NCBI GenBank assembly: GCA_030141605.1 | Contig: JAQGDQ010002377.1 | Span: 62,001-126,000 of the forward strand | Length of the DNA stretch: 64,000 nucleotides | Reading direction: 5' to 3' | Source of the DNA: Tubiluchus corallicola | Taxonomy: Eukaryota > Animalia > Priapulida | Shown: positions 39,501 through 52,900 of the stretch, in pieces | Position numbering within the stretch: the first letter of the stretch is position 1 | How the letters are laid out: each line of letters starts with the position of its first letter | The notes under the pieces: generated by a model | Told to the model about the DNA's origin: nothing | Databases searched by the model: none | Seen by the model: the letters and a program-made list of their open reading frames with translations, nothing else | Program-made: the position numbers and the translations under genes

Positions 39501-42500
39501 ACATCGTTGCTGATGTTGTGTCTGAATAAAAGCCACGTCTTTGCTGAAGTGGGTACTGGCTGTCATCTTTATGTTCTTAACCTTAATAACTCCATACAAA
39601 TAACGAAAATCAGATCATTACGAATAAATGTGTTGAGTATCTTAATGTATTATTATTGTTATTATTGTACATTAACACAACACAGACACATAGTACATTG
39701 GTAATATAAAAAGTTACATATTTTAATGATACTTACAATAATTGTATTGATGGTGAGAAATATGGTGAAACATATACATTACACACAGAATAATACAATG
39801 GAAATTTAAGAAACAAAGCAATGAAAAGACAGAAATGATTATCATTAACTTTAACAATTATAATTAAAAACACCATAAAATTATTTGTATGTAGTTAATC
39901 CTTCATGATAAATGTTAAGATTTTATTCAATTCAGTTGCAAAAAGAGAAGTCTCTTGCTTCTATAGTACTTAAAATATCTACAGGCAAGAGATAGTTTAG
40001 AAATTTGGTCCTCAGTAAGTATGCATTCCTTTTTAAATATGTGTAATTGTACAAGTTTTGGCTTAGATATATTCCGATGCAAAATCTGTATTGTATTGTT
40101 GGCATATGTATTTCACATTATTTCCCATACATGATAAAACTGAATAACAACTTTGTCGAACAAAAAAAGAAACCAGACTCTTATCGCTATGTTAACATGC
40201 ATAAAAGAAGTTTACATATCTTGCAATTATTTGAATGCCAGGCTTTATCACATTGAAAATATAGAGCAGAGAATGCTTCAGTGGCTTTCTTGGAAGTTTT
40301 TATAGCTGTCTCACACCTATATTCCACATATATATCATATAGGTAATTCAATATAGCAATATTTTATTATGTGTTCCCTTTATAGTTTATCACAAATGTA
40401 TTACCTATACAAGGGACTGATAGCAACTTTTTCAAATTATTTTTCACCTAGTTAACATTTTTTAGTATGAAAGTTTTCTAAATTTCACATGTAAATGATA
40501 TTTTAGATATATAAAGGAATATGAGAAATTCCAACACTTACTTACTGAGGAAGCAGAAGATGATGTAAACAACTTTCTTGATGCACGACATAATCTCAAT
40601 GAATTTCGACAGGCGAGTATGAAGATTAGCTGTGATTTAACATTTTGTTCAAAAAGTACGAGATTTTGCATGAAATGTCCGTCTGCTTAAAGTTTACTCT
40701 TTTCTTTTGCTACAATATATCGTTATTACAGTACAGAGGCTTTTACATCTATAAATTGATGGAAAAGCATTAGTTGTCTGTTTTGAATTTCAGTGTGTCA
40801 AGAGGAGTTTACAATTGCCCACATAATTTAAATACCCTAACCCTAACACTAACCTTAATCCAATCCTATCCCTAACCCTAACCCAATCCTATCCCTACTC
40901 CTAACCCTGATCCTAATCCACTTCACAAACTAGTTTCTGATGTATGGAGACTTGTAAACTTTAGCCTTACAAATGTCTTGAATTTCAGTGTGTCAAGAGG
41001 AGTTTACAATTCCCCACATAATTTAAATACCCTAACCCTAACACTAACCTTAATCCAATCCTATCCCTAACCCTAACCCTAACCCAATCCTATCCCTACT
41101 CCTAACCCTGATCCTAATCCACTTCACAAACTAGTTTCTGATGTATGGAGACTTGTAAACTTTAGCCTTACAAATGCCTTACTTACTCTTTTTTGATTAT
41201 AGAAAATTACTACATATGAAAACTTGAGATATCAGATCATAACTCTGCTAGTTGACGTTCCGCTCAGTCTCATTAGTATAAATGCACAAGCTGTAAACCA
41301 CGAGCTTGCACACCGAGCACAGGAAATGAAAAAAGCACTTATTGCTTTTATAGTGGAGGAGACCCGAGCACTAAATCGCAAGTACGTTGTGCGTTTATGC
41401 ATGAATAGACTGTAGGCTATTGAACTGTAGGTCATTTCTTCCAGATCTTTTGATATTAAGAGCAAAAACTTACGCCACTATTTCCTTTAGAATCCACTAG
41501 ATTGATGTGTTGTAGGAAATGAGTGAAAGGAAACATGGCATCACAGTGAATTTTGACAGCATCGTGTATGAAATTAAAACTATAAGTAAATTAAAGTTCC
41601 ACAAATGTGGAGCCAAACGCTATTACAAGAACAATAATATGATTATAGAATGTTGAATATATGAGTTACTGGAACATCTTTTTTCTGTAAAATGGTGTGA
41701 TTTTGTTTAGAAATTGGATAACAGTAATTGTATATATACTTTTTAAAATAATTATAGAGTTCGCAAAGGTCTATACAGTGTTCGCTTCGTCATTATATTC
41801 ATTTTGCTTCTTTGTAATTATACAGGAATGCAATTGAAACTTTCAAAATTTGCATAGTATTATTACTCCTCAGAACAATCCCTCTGTACTACTAATGAGG
41901 TATGAGCGATTGTGTTGTAGTTCTGTTACTTTTGTTTATACTTTCCGATCATATTAAAAGAAGTGCCACTTATTACTTTTATTATTGTGGCATTAATTTA
42001 GGATCAGCTCAGAGTATGAAAGTATTTCTGAGCATTTAAATGACGTGCCTGATACAACAGAAGAACTGGTGCAGCTAGAGGAATTCTTACGTGTGGTATG
42101 TAGGTCTTGGCATTTTCTTTGTTTTTTAAGAAAAAATAACTTTTTAAGTAAATATTAAGCTTCGTTTATTAAACTTTCCTTGAGGACGAAATAACTTTAC
42201 AACTATTAAATTTTAAAAAGTTTTGGATTCGGTTGGACTTTGAACCATTAATCTTACATGTCTAGTGCTATTACTATTAAACCACACAGCCCCTTGTCTG
42301 TCAGTCAAATGTGAAATCAATCACAATAACTCACCAAAGCAATGCACCTTTTCTAAGTCTAAACTTATTGGAATACTTTTTAACTAGTTAGATAATTTTT
42401 TGTAAGTGTAAAAATGCCCATAGCTGCCCAATTGCATGAGGAACTAGTACAAAACTAATATATTTTCTGAAAGAGAATCTTTCTAGCACTGTAAATAAAA

Positions 42501-45500
42501 TGCTTAGATTTTTTATTTGATTGAACAATTAACGGGATGATATGAAAAGTCTGTAAAAAATTTGCAGAATTTTCGTTCCAAAGGCTTCTAGTTTCCAAGT
42601 GATGCCGTGTACAGTATCCGTCGTTTACCAGACTCATGGCTAATAGACTCGGTTGCCCAACTGACTCAAAAACATCTCTTTTCTATTCAAACGTTTATAT
42701 AAACTGTCGGTAACTGACTCAAACGACTGCGTAATTGACTCAATATTTTCCATTTCGCGTACTTGAAATAAGTCACGTTTTTTATCATTATGAGAGTTTC
42801 ATAAACCAATTGCTTCGTGAAGAAATCAAGCAACCGACTTGATGCATGAATATGAATTTTTATCTTTTTTAGCAATAATAATCTGATTTGTGTGATTTTT
42901 TTTATTTTCTTTTTTTATTAATTCACTTATAGGAATTAGCATTTGTAAATAATAATTGCACATAGGTTTTTTGGCATTAATTCGTTTCTAAAATTCATTT
43001 AAAGCCTGCGCAATGCATACTAAGGTGACGAGTCGTGACTCATACTTCTATTGTAGTATTAGGCTATACATGTCGGCTAATTGAATCCGTCAGTTAATTG
43101 GGCCAAAACGCTGCTATTCCAAAGTGAATCTTTTAAGCGGCACCTACTATATCTCAAAGTATTCAACATAAAAACTGTAGAGCATTCTTTTTCTGAACAA
43201 GATTTTGCAAAAGTGTTGAAATCACTTTAACTTTGTAAACTTGGCAGCTGTTTAGACGTGCAAAGATATTACAAAATTTGTACAGGAATGTAACACCCAA
43301 ACACTTTTTATTGGTTAGTCTTGCCTGTTCTGCTGCAGCTAATTATAACGACGGGCCTGTGTGCTGTTGAAGTGACAGCAAGCATTCCGCATAGTATAAG
43401 TAACTATGTATATATAGTGCACATTTATTTGCTTGCTGGTTTATTCAGGCACTGAATTTCTTTAGGTGCAATGAATGTTGCAGTGGTTGAAAACTAAAGT
43501 CTGACAGTGTACTTGTTGTTAGCAAGTAAAAGGTACAGAAATTATCACACTACATGCTTCTAACAGGTTGTTGTCTCAATATGCCCAGTGTAACTATAAC
43601 TGCTAATCTGATCAAAAGTGTGAAATCATTCCAAATTTAAAAAAGGCACAGAATGCTAGAAATTTTTTCCACATAATAATATGACACAAATAAATGTCAC
43701 CATACTAATTACAGTAGAATATACTTTGTTTCTCCAGCCACTGTCAACTGTCATCAGTGCCAAATACTGTAGGCGCCGCTTAATAGTCTCACTTTGGGAC
43801 CGATGTGTTTCGACCCAGTTAGCCAACTGAACCCATTAACCGATGGGTGTAGTATTACAGGTATAGAAGTATGAGTCATCAGCTTACTATGCGCTGCAAA
43901 GGTCTTTAATGAATTTTAGAAACGAACTAATTCCTAAATTCCTTTGTGCAGTTAAAAAGTAGAAAAAACATTTCAAAATATTAATTTACATAAGTGAATT
44001 AGCAATAAATTAAAAAGTATACTTTTCTAAATCTGTTTATTTCCAAAAATTATAAAAATTCTTTCAAAGTCGGCTGCTTTATTTTCTCATGATGAAGTCG
44101 TCCACAAGGTTCTCATAATTTTAAGAACGTTGAAAATCTGTTTTTGTGTGTGACTAAAACAGTTCTGAGTCATCTGCTCACTAACATTGCTCTTATTTGC
44201 TGTACGATGTTTAGTCTTGTAAGTCACAAGAAATACCAGCTGATTGCTGTACCTGCATCTTTGACTATTAACTCATTAAGCCTGAAAGCGTGATTTGCAA
44301 CGAGAGCATCAAAAGCAGACCGTTTAGCAAGTGATTAAATGTTTAGCTTCCAGAACTTCTTTGGGTAACAGTGGGCGAGCCAGTAACAGATTCAAAGCAA
44401 AACCGCTACGCTAGCCTCTTAGCGCATGTTAAACATACCTGCTTACAAACAAAACGGTACTTAACATGATTGTTTCTGCATACGTAGTACACAAAAGGGA
44501 AGTAAAGATGACATACAAGTTCTTTTGAGCACATACAAATATCTTATTTTAAGTAGGTGAAGGAAAAATATTGAGTCAATTATGCGGAGTTATTTGACTC
44601 AATTACCGATAGTTTTTATATATATTTGAATAGAAGCGGCCCGTTCCAAGCGTTTTTGACTCAATTAAGCGATTGAGTCTATTAACCGTCACTCTATTAA
44701 GTGGCATTATGTAAGAGTTTGCATTTCGCTGATAATGTCTTCTGAGTGTGCTTTAATCCCGCATTACGCAAATGAAACACTAAATCTGCTTACAGTACTG
44801 CTTACCACTAGCTGCTGTTACATTCTGTGAATACATGCCCAGGTGCAACAAAAATCACGCCAAGGTACGTTACCTAATAACGGCCTGAGCTAGTGAGCGC
44901 AGCAGGGCAAATCAACGTTCACTGGTGAGTGACCAGTAGAAGTGTAAGGCAAAATTTTTCGTCATCAGTTTCATAAAAACTTATTCATATGCTGAAAATG
45001 AAGAAATATTTGTTTTGTTCTTATATGATTTGCTTGTATGTTAGTCATTTTTTTCCAAAGTTTATTAAATTTGGAGAGTGGATTGATTAATAAGCCTTTT
45101 CTTTGACCCGTCACAGATGACAGGTAAATATTTGTACGCATCGAAAGAGTTAGTGAGCAATTGAACCCACAATTACATAACTCAGTTATGCTTACTTAGT
45201 AATATCTCTAGTGTGAATAAACTAACAATTAGAAATGCTGGATTGGGTTGATTAACTAGCTATTAAGATTGAATTAAAGCCTGATAATTTGACTGATAAT
45301 TTGGAAAAAAGATCATAAATAATTAAATACTTATTTATGAATGTGTTGATATGTATTCTACACTGTGTTCTCATGTTTAATTTTTTTTCTGAATATGTGT
45401 AAAACAGGAAGGGGGATGTTTGTGAAATAATATTTTTTGGATGTAAAGTGATCAAATAATTTTTGATCATTTGTTTTCTGCATGCTTCTTGATCTTGCAG

Positions 45501-46919
45501 TGCTAGTTATTTACAATAAACATTTTTTATTAATTAAGTAAAGCCGTTAAGTCTAAATCATATGCTTTATGTGTAAAATTTGTTTCTATAATTTAAGTTT
45601 GTGGCTTTTAACATAAAATAATTTAGCTGATTTGCTAATTTGGAGTGTGTCAGCTAAACCTATCTTCTATTTTTTGTGATTATAGACAAAAAGTGTGACA
45701 GTGTTTCAGATGAAGGATTCTGTTGAAAAAGCTGCAGAAAAGCTTATGTTTCTGATGGATTATGCGATACTATCTGGTAGGCTTGGTTCAATGCAGAACT
45801 TCTGAAATGAGAGTTGAAAATTTGTAAATCTTTTTGCAGTTTTTGAGACAATTCCAGATATTGCAGGAAGCATAATCAGTTGAAAACTTGTCCTCCCATC
45901 AACAATGGATCATCAGTTGTACTTGCTGTCTGGACATTTTTTAATTTGTTAACAGAGACTTGAATATTGGAATTTCTCATGATGAATTAACTTCCGAAAA
46001 GCCACTGCATTAAATGTGCTCGTACTGGTACAAATTCATACAAATTCAATATTCAGTGTTGTACTTTTTTATCCTTAGTCACAGTTTTTTACAATTATGC
46101 ACTGTAATTTAGCTTTTAATTTATGTGTGTATATATTTAAGTGTGACTAAAGCCTGAGTGAAACAGATGATTAACAATAAACAAATTCATTCTAATTCTT
46201 TTTCATATGTATTACATGTTTAAAAGTGTATTCCGCTAATGTAAGTTTCGTTTAAACTTTTAGTGGAAGACATTAATTTGAATACTAACGTCATGCTATG
46301 GCCGGAACGTATAAAAGCTATATTTGACATCAGCAAAGGCCGGCTTGCACTCCGTCGTGATCAGGCTGAACAAAACCTTCGCAACAGAGTGGCTGCCTTC
46401 GAACAAAAGCTTAATGACCTGGATGCACAAATTGATACGTTCAGAAAAATTGAGGTTTGTTCAGAATAACGGATGTACAATATGAATTAAGAAACAAGGT
46501 TTATCTATTACTTAATGAATAATGAAAACTTACAGAAGCCACAGAACTTAATGGGTGATTCAAATTTTACGAAAGTTACTAAAGACCTTGTATGATTAAG
46601 GGCAGGTTTCCACAATTTGAGGGTTGAATTAAGAAGGAAGAGAGGCATCCCTAGGGTTCATGCAATCTTTGTCATGTTTTGATAGATGAAAAACATTTTA
46701 TTTTTGATTGCACTAAAACTAACTGGATTCGTAATGAATGTAATTTTGATTTTAGTGTGAACGTGTGCACACTTCTAAGTGATGCTGATAAAGTTTCTGA
46801 ATTTCTAACAATTGTAAATGAGCACAATGCATTTCTTTGTTGTTCGCGTAAGTGGATATGTTTACCGCTCATATTGTTGTACTGTTCATTTGCTTTGTGA
46901 TCCAGTTAAGTTGTGATAC

Positions 46920-46957
<38 letters not shown>

Positions 46958-49900
46958 GTATGTATATACATAACTACATATATATATATATATATATACA
47001 CATATATACATACATATATATCTGTGTATATACGTATAAATATTTACATCACAAAGCAAATGACCAGTACAACAATATATATAAAATATGAGAATAAACT
47101 ACTACTACTACTACTATTTTACATGAAGAATATGTATCATAATGCCATTTTAGGTTAGTTTACCTTTTTATAGTTTGAGTGGCGGTCTCAGAAAAATTCA
47201 TTATTGACTACAATGCATACAAAAGATATATATTATACGCAAATGTTACAAATATGTGTTTAGAAATTAAACCTTGCTTGTATTTAATATGTCCGTTGAT
47301 CCTATTTATCTTCAAAGAGAATGATATTTTAATATTTTTCTCCCTTTTGTGATTCATCTTAAGATTTGCATTATCTTGCATCATTGCTAGATGGTGGGAC
47401 TTGATGAGATGAAAGCTAACGTTGAAAAAATTGATGAAATCACTGAGGAGATAGAGTCAGCTAAGAAAGAGCTTAACTGGATAAACAATGAGGAGACCTT
47501 ACTGGACTGGGAGATCACCAAATATCCTCTTCTCAATACAATCATCACATTAAAGGAACCATATGAACAACTCTGGAAGACGGCTTTACAGTTTCACATT
47601 AAGAGTGACACGTGGTTAAATGGTGAGCAGCGTAATCTTGGTGAAAGAAAATCGTTAAGACAATAAATAGAGAAGTAAATCTTTTGAAACACATTTGCGG
47701 ACCACTTTACATAATGGCTAATAGTTAGCATTGAGCAGTTGACAGCAAGAAAATGTTAATTGGTTTAATTCTGAAAAAGCAGTGTAATTTGAATTTTCTA
47801 GTTAATTATTATTTTTTGCCGATCATTTGTTCTATGTCATACTAAATGCATTTTTTTTTACTTCTTGCTCCATTTTATCATACATTCACTACTTTCCCCC
47901 ATGCACATCAGTGCATATATTTATCATTATCCCATGTTATTATTTCATTAACTAATCCTTTGTTTTTTTACTTCCACATACAGGTTGACCTGTCTAGATA
48001 TGCATTTAGCTGAAACTTTACGCATCAAAATCACGTGTATATACTAGCTACTAAAGGCTCTACTTGTATTATCTGGACTGTATTTGTAAATTTGCAGTTT
48101 TTATTACTTCACATGCAATTTTGAAGCAATTATTAATTAGCAAAGGATATTATCCACTATAGCATTTTGCAATTTTGAAGCAATTTCCAACAAAGCTTTG
48201 AAAGTTCACTCAAAAGCTCAAAAGTATTGGATAATCAATAATGATGTACAGGTAGTGCAAACTTTGTCTGAAAAGCAGTTATTTGCAGGTTGTCTAAACG
48301 ATTTAAATGCTGAAGATATTGAAGAGGAGGTATCTGATATGGTGCGCACATCGTACAAGCTGATTAAGTCGTTTCCGGACTACCCAGCACCTCGTCGATT
48401 TGCGGAGAATCTCAAAAATAAAGTGGACAAGTTCAAGCTGAATTTACCTCTGATCTCCATTGTTTGCAATCCTGGTAATTTATTCTTCTCGTGTTTCTTA
48501 CCGTTTTCAAAAATGGCTTTGCAATTTTGCAACACAAAGATCTAGAAAGTCAGTCATGTCACACTTAAAATTAGTTCTAGAATGAGCTACTTAATTGGTG
48601 TGCACTTTTTTCCTGAAATGCATCACATGGCACAGAAGTTTAGACTGCAGTAATGTTAAATGCAAGTGCTCTACTTTCACAGCTAGATTGGTTTTTGGCT
48701 GTGAAAGTTACAAATTTATAGTTTTAGCAATTTTTAAGTTAATACCAAAAAACTTTTGCATATTAAAAATCTCAATGCCCGAAGAATGCCAGCTAATCAC
48801 CAATAAATGAGAACAGCCTTACTAATGTAAAAAGCACACTTAACACATGGCAATAAAAGAAAAAATTATACAGTTTGCATCATGGTCTTCACCACAGAAA
48901 ATAAACCACTGATACAGATTTGTTATCAAGAAAAAATGGAACATGGTCCTATGAACTACTGCATCTTAAATTCTCAGAGAAAGAATGTGATGGCTGTACA
49001 ATGCTCTTTGATACTGAGGTACAGAAGGCAAAAATTGTTGACTGCTGAAATCAAATACCCCTCAAAGAAGCGAGAAACTGTGACAGCTATTAGAATAAGT
49101 GCCTTCATCTTTGCTCACAGTGAAAATGGTGGACACCTAGCACAGTTGCTGTAACAATAGTCAAGTGCAAATTTTTTTCCGGCATTTATTTTTGTCTAGT
49201 TGTTTTAAGACTTCAGTATCTTTGGAAAAATCTAATGGAGTGACCTGATATTATTAGTATGACTATGACTATGACTATGAGATTATACGTAATATCTGTG
49301 TAACGTTATTGTGATAATTTTCAAGGGATTCTCATTATTTTCTTTTACCATGATTAAAACTTCGGCACGTTGATGTAAGCAGTGTGGGAACTTACCCGCA
49401 TATGTGTTTATTGACAAATAGGGGGCTTGATTGATTGTATACTGCTAGACTGTGATCTCGGATTTGCTTTGCTACTTTAATTGACAGGTAAAATGACAGA
49501 AAATGTGACCTGGATAACATAAGTTTCTGGGTTTTAGTCCTGGCTGACTCACAATTTTTAATTGCTTCCTTCTTCAGTTCATTATACTTATCTTTGTAAA
49601 CCTTGTCATTTTCCTGATTTTTTGTTAATGTGTGGATGTTTTTCAGTGCTTCCTTCTTTAATTAATTAGTCATTCAGCTATTTGTGAATTATACTTTAAT
49701 TTACCTAACATACAAGGTGTAAGTATATGAAATACAACATATTTTATCCAATCTTTTTCTAATCTCATGCTGTATTAATGAAAAATTTGTTCAGTAAGAA
49801 TAACTCGGACTGACAAATGCTTGAATATCATGGGCAGTCAACATGCAAATTTTGTACGATAATTTCTTTCACAAAACCGAGAATCTTATTTTTAGTTTCG

Positions 49901-52900
49901 TTGTTTTTGCAGGACTAAAAGCCAGGCACTGGAAAGAGATAAGTCGCATTGTTGGCTTTCAGCTGATTATTGAAGCCGATACTTCACTAGCCGACCTAGT
50001 AGACTTTGGCCTGACAAAATATATTGATAAGTGAGTAGTTGTATTTAAAACAGGTTTTTATGAACCCCGGCTTACATTTGGACAGTTACTAAAAGCATTT
50101 TGTGCATTGTACATTTTTGCTACAGATTTTAAAACTACTTCAACTCAGTCTATACCAGTTTTTTAAATGCATTATTATTAGCCTTTATGTGTAATATTTG
50201 TAATACTTATTTCCAGATGTTTTAGTGGTTTTTGCTGATATCTTAGAAAAGGTCTATGTAAATCACTGTTTGCAAGAATTTTATTGTCTTTACAACGAAC
50301 AAATGATTTGCTAAGTTTTTGAATTTCAGGCTAGAGGAAATTGGAGTAGCCGCTACTAAAGAATATAGCTTGGAGAAAGCTCTGAATAAGATGAAGGCTG
50401 ATTGGGATGAGATATTGTTTCAGTTTGTTCCATACAGAGATACAGTATGTATAATTCTTACTTTTGCTGACAATTTTGAAACAGTACCCTAAATTTACTT
50501 CACTTTATTTTATGTTAGCCATGCAATAGGCAGCTTGCACATTTCATAGTTTTCCTCAAGATGGACATTTAAAACTAAAGAATCACATTCTTTGCTGTAC
50601 CAGATAAACAGCAGATTATGTGGAATTGATAAAACCGCCACTTTTTGAGCAACATATCCGTTATTGTTGCATATTAAAAATTTCAATGCCCGAAGAATGC
50701 CAGCTAATCACCAATAAATGGAGAACAGCCATACTAATGTAAAAAGCACACTTAGCACATGGCAATAAAACAAAAAATTATCCAGTTTGCATCACGGTCT
50801 TGCTTTTTTTAGGCTTAATGGGCATTTTGATTTCTTTTATGCTTATAAGAAGTTTCTTTAGCTAATTTTTTTTCGCAGCTTGTAAAGTATTTCTTTCCTG
50901 ATTTGAAAGTGTTTAATTTGCAAGTATTTCCTCATAGCAGGTTTTAAGATAAGAACGTTAATGTATATTTTCACAAAGTTCATTCAAGTTCTGCCCAAAA
51001 AAGACCCTGGTGCTCCCATGTAAATTTAGCAGTTCCTGTCACAAAGCAACTACTGTACTAGGCCTTTGTTGAAAACCAGGTTTTTTACCCTCTTTTCTCC
51101 TCACCCTAACTGGCATGTAAAACAAAGGGATGATGGAGTGCACATCAGCAACAAATTCATTTCAAATTGAAAAATATTTTTTGTGTTTTTCAAATTATTT
51201 TGAACGATAAAACCAATTCTGAAGTTTGACAGTTTATGTAGCAAAAATTGTCATTAATAATTAAGATTATTAACTGCTTTGGTGCATTCAATGCTGTACA
51301 CTTAAATGACACATGTTTGTTTTTCATTATAATTATAAATAAGTAAACTGCGACAGATAAACATTTTACTGCGATAAATATATTTATCTATGCGAGCTGC
51401 ACATGACAAGGAAATTTAGTGATACTAAAACTACAGTACAGTGTATTTGACATCTGTACGTCTGTATCAAAGTGTATAAAGGGGTCTGTATACTTCAGTA
51501 ACAATGATTCAGTGTCTGACTTGCTTATAATTTTAAATAATTCTTTATCCACTTCTTTGCTTAGTTATTGTAAATAAATAGAAAAGAAATGTGATTTTAT
51601 AAAGGTAAGCGATAAACAACGATATATCCCAATATCGATACGATAGCAATAACAACAAATTTTTCATATCAGTACAATAATCGCTAATTATCAATACATA
51701 TCATTACCGTTAATATCCCTAATTCAATGGTATTTGATTTCTAATTCTACTCACATCGGTGTTTTTCAAACCATAAACAGGACTTCCATCCTAGGCTTAC
51801 TCAACCCTAAATGAGTACATGGTCTTAAGAGCGGGGAGAAAATTGGTCGAGCTCCTTCAGGGGTATAGGTTTCCTCTTCTTCATTTTTCTTGTTCTTTTT
51901 CTTCTTCTTCTAGCTTCTTATGTATGAGATGTATGTCAGCTATATTGTTAGAGTATTTATAAATTTTTTAGGGCATATCCATCTTAACTGCTGTTGACGA
52001 CATACAAGCATTGTTGGATGATCATATTTTAAAAGTTCAAACCATGCGTGGCTCACCCTACATCAAACCTTTTGAGGATGACATTCATGTATGGGAAAAG
52101 AAGCTGGTATATGCCCAAGAAACCATCGAATCATGGCTAATTGTATGTGCATTTCAAATATCCTGCTAAATTTGTCTGAAAGTACAGTTGCTCATATGTT
52201 TCACTAATGTGTTTCTCTTCCGTATTGTTTTATCTATGGAAGAAGTAGTTATTCTAGGTACTGTGCAGTCTAATGAGGTTTCTGGTTCGAGAAACAGTGA
52301 GATAGCCTCTGACATGCTTTGTCAACAACTTATCACTTTATGTAGTGAAACAACAGAATGGTATATGAGTCTATTATGCTAACATTCTATTTGAAATTTC
52401 TGTCAGTGGTTTGGTGTTGAAGCCTTAGAATAGAGTAATTTGACAGTTATAGCCACCGTCTCAGAAGAGAAAGTGTGAAACCAACTAATGGGCGATCATT
52501 TTAGTGTTGTTATTGATTCTTGATGGGAGAATGACAATATCATAATAACACATAAGAGACAGCTCTCTGGATTATTTATTTTTTTAGTTGACGGCACCTA
52601 CACTAAAGTGCTGTTTACCGGCCTAGCATCCGGAATACACAAAATCAATTTATATTATTTTCAATGCACCTGTTTATCAGACGTGTGTTATGCGTTATTT
52701 TTTATGCAGCTATTTCCTTTTGACTTTTGTACGCAGCTATTCTGCAGTTGGATAATGCATTTTGGATGCCAGGTAAACTCCACTTTAGTGAAACTACAAT
52801 TTCAATTGCTAATTTTTCCAGAGCAATGTGAATGCAACATTTGACTGAGACAAATTGCAAGAATTGTTTTGGCAGTAAATGTGATATTTTAGATGCAATC

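Noticed and set aside
46852-47158. YI/IY-rich ORFs; likewise 59151..59594
   Set aside because: Translations of micro- and minisatellites.
51760-51870. Possible SINE central domain (also ~26120-26210 and ~57340-57400)
   Set aside because: Only a short TAAATGAGTAC-like resemblance; too weak to call without a search.
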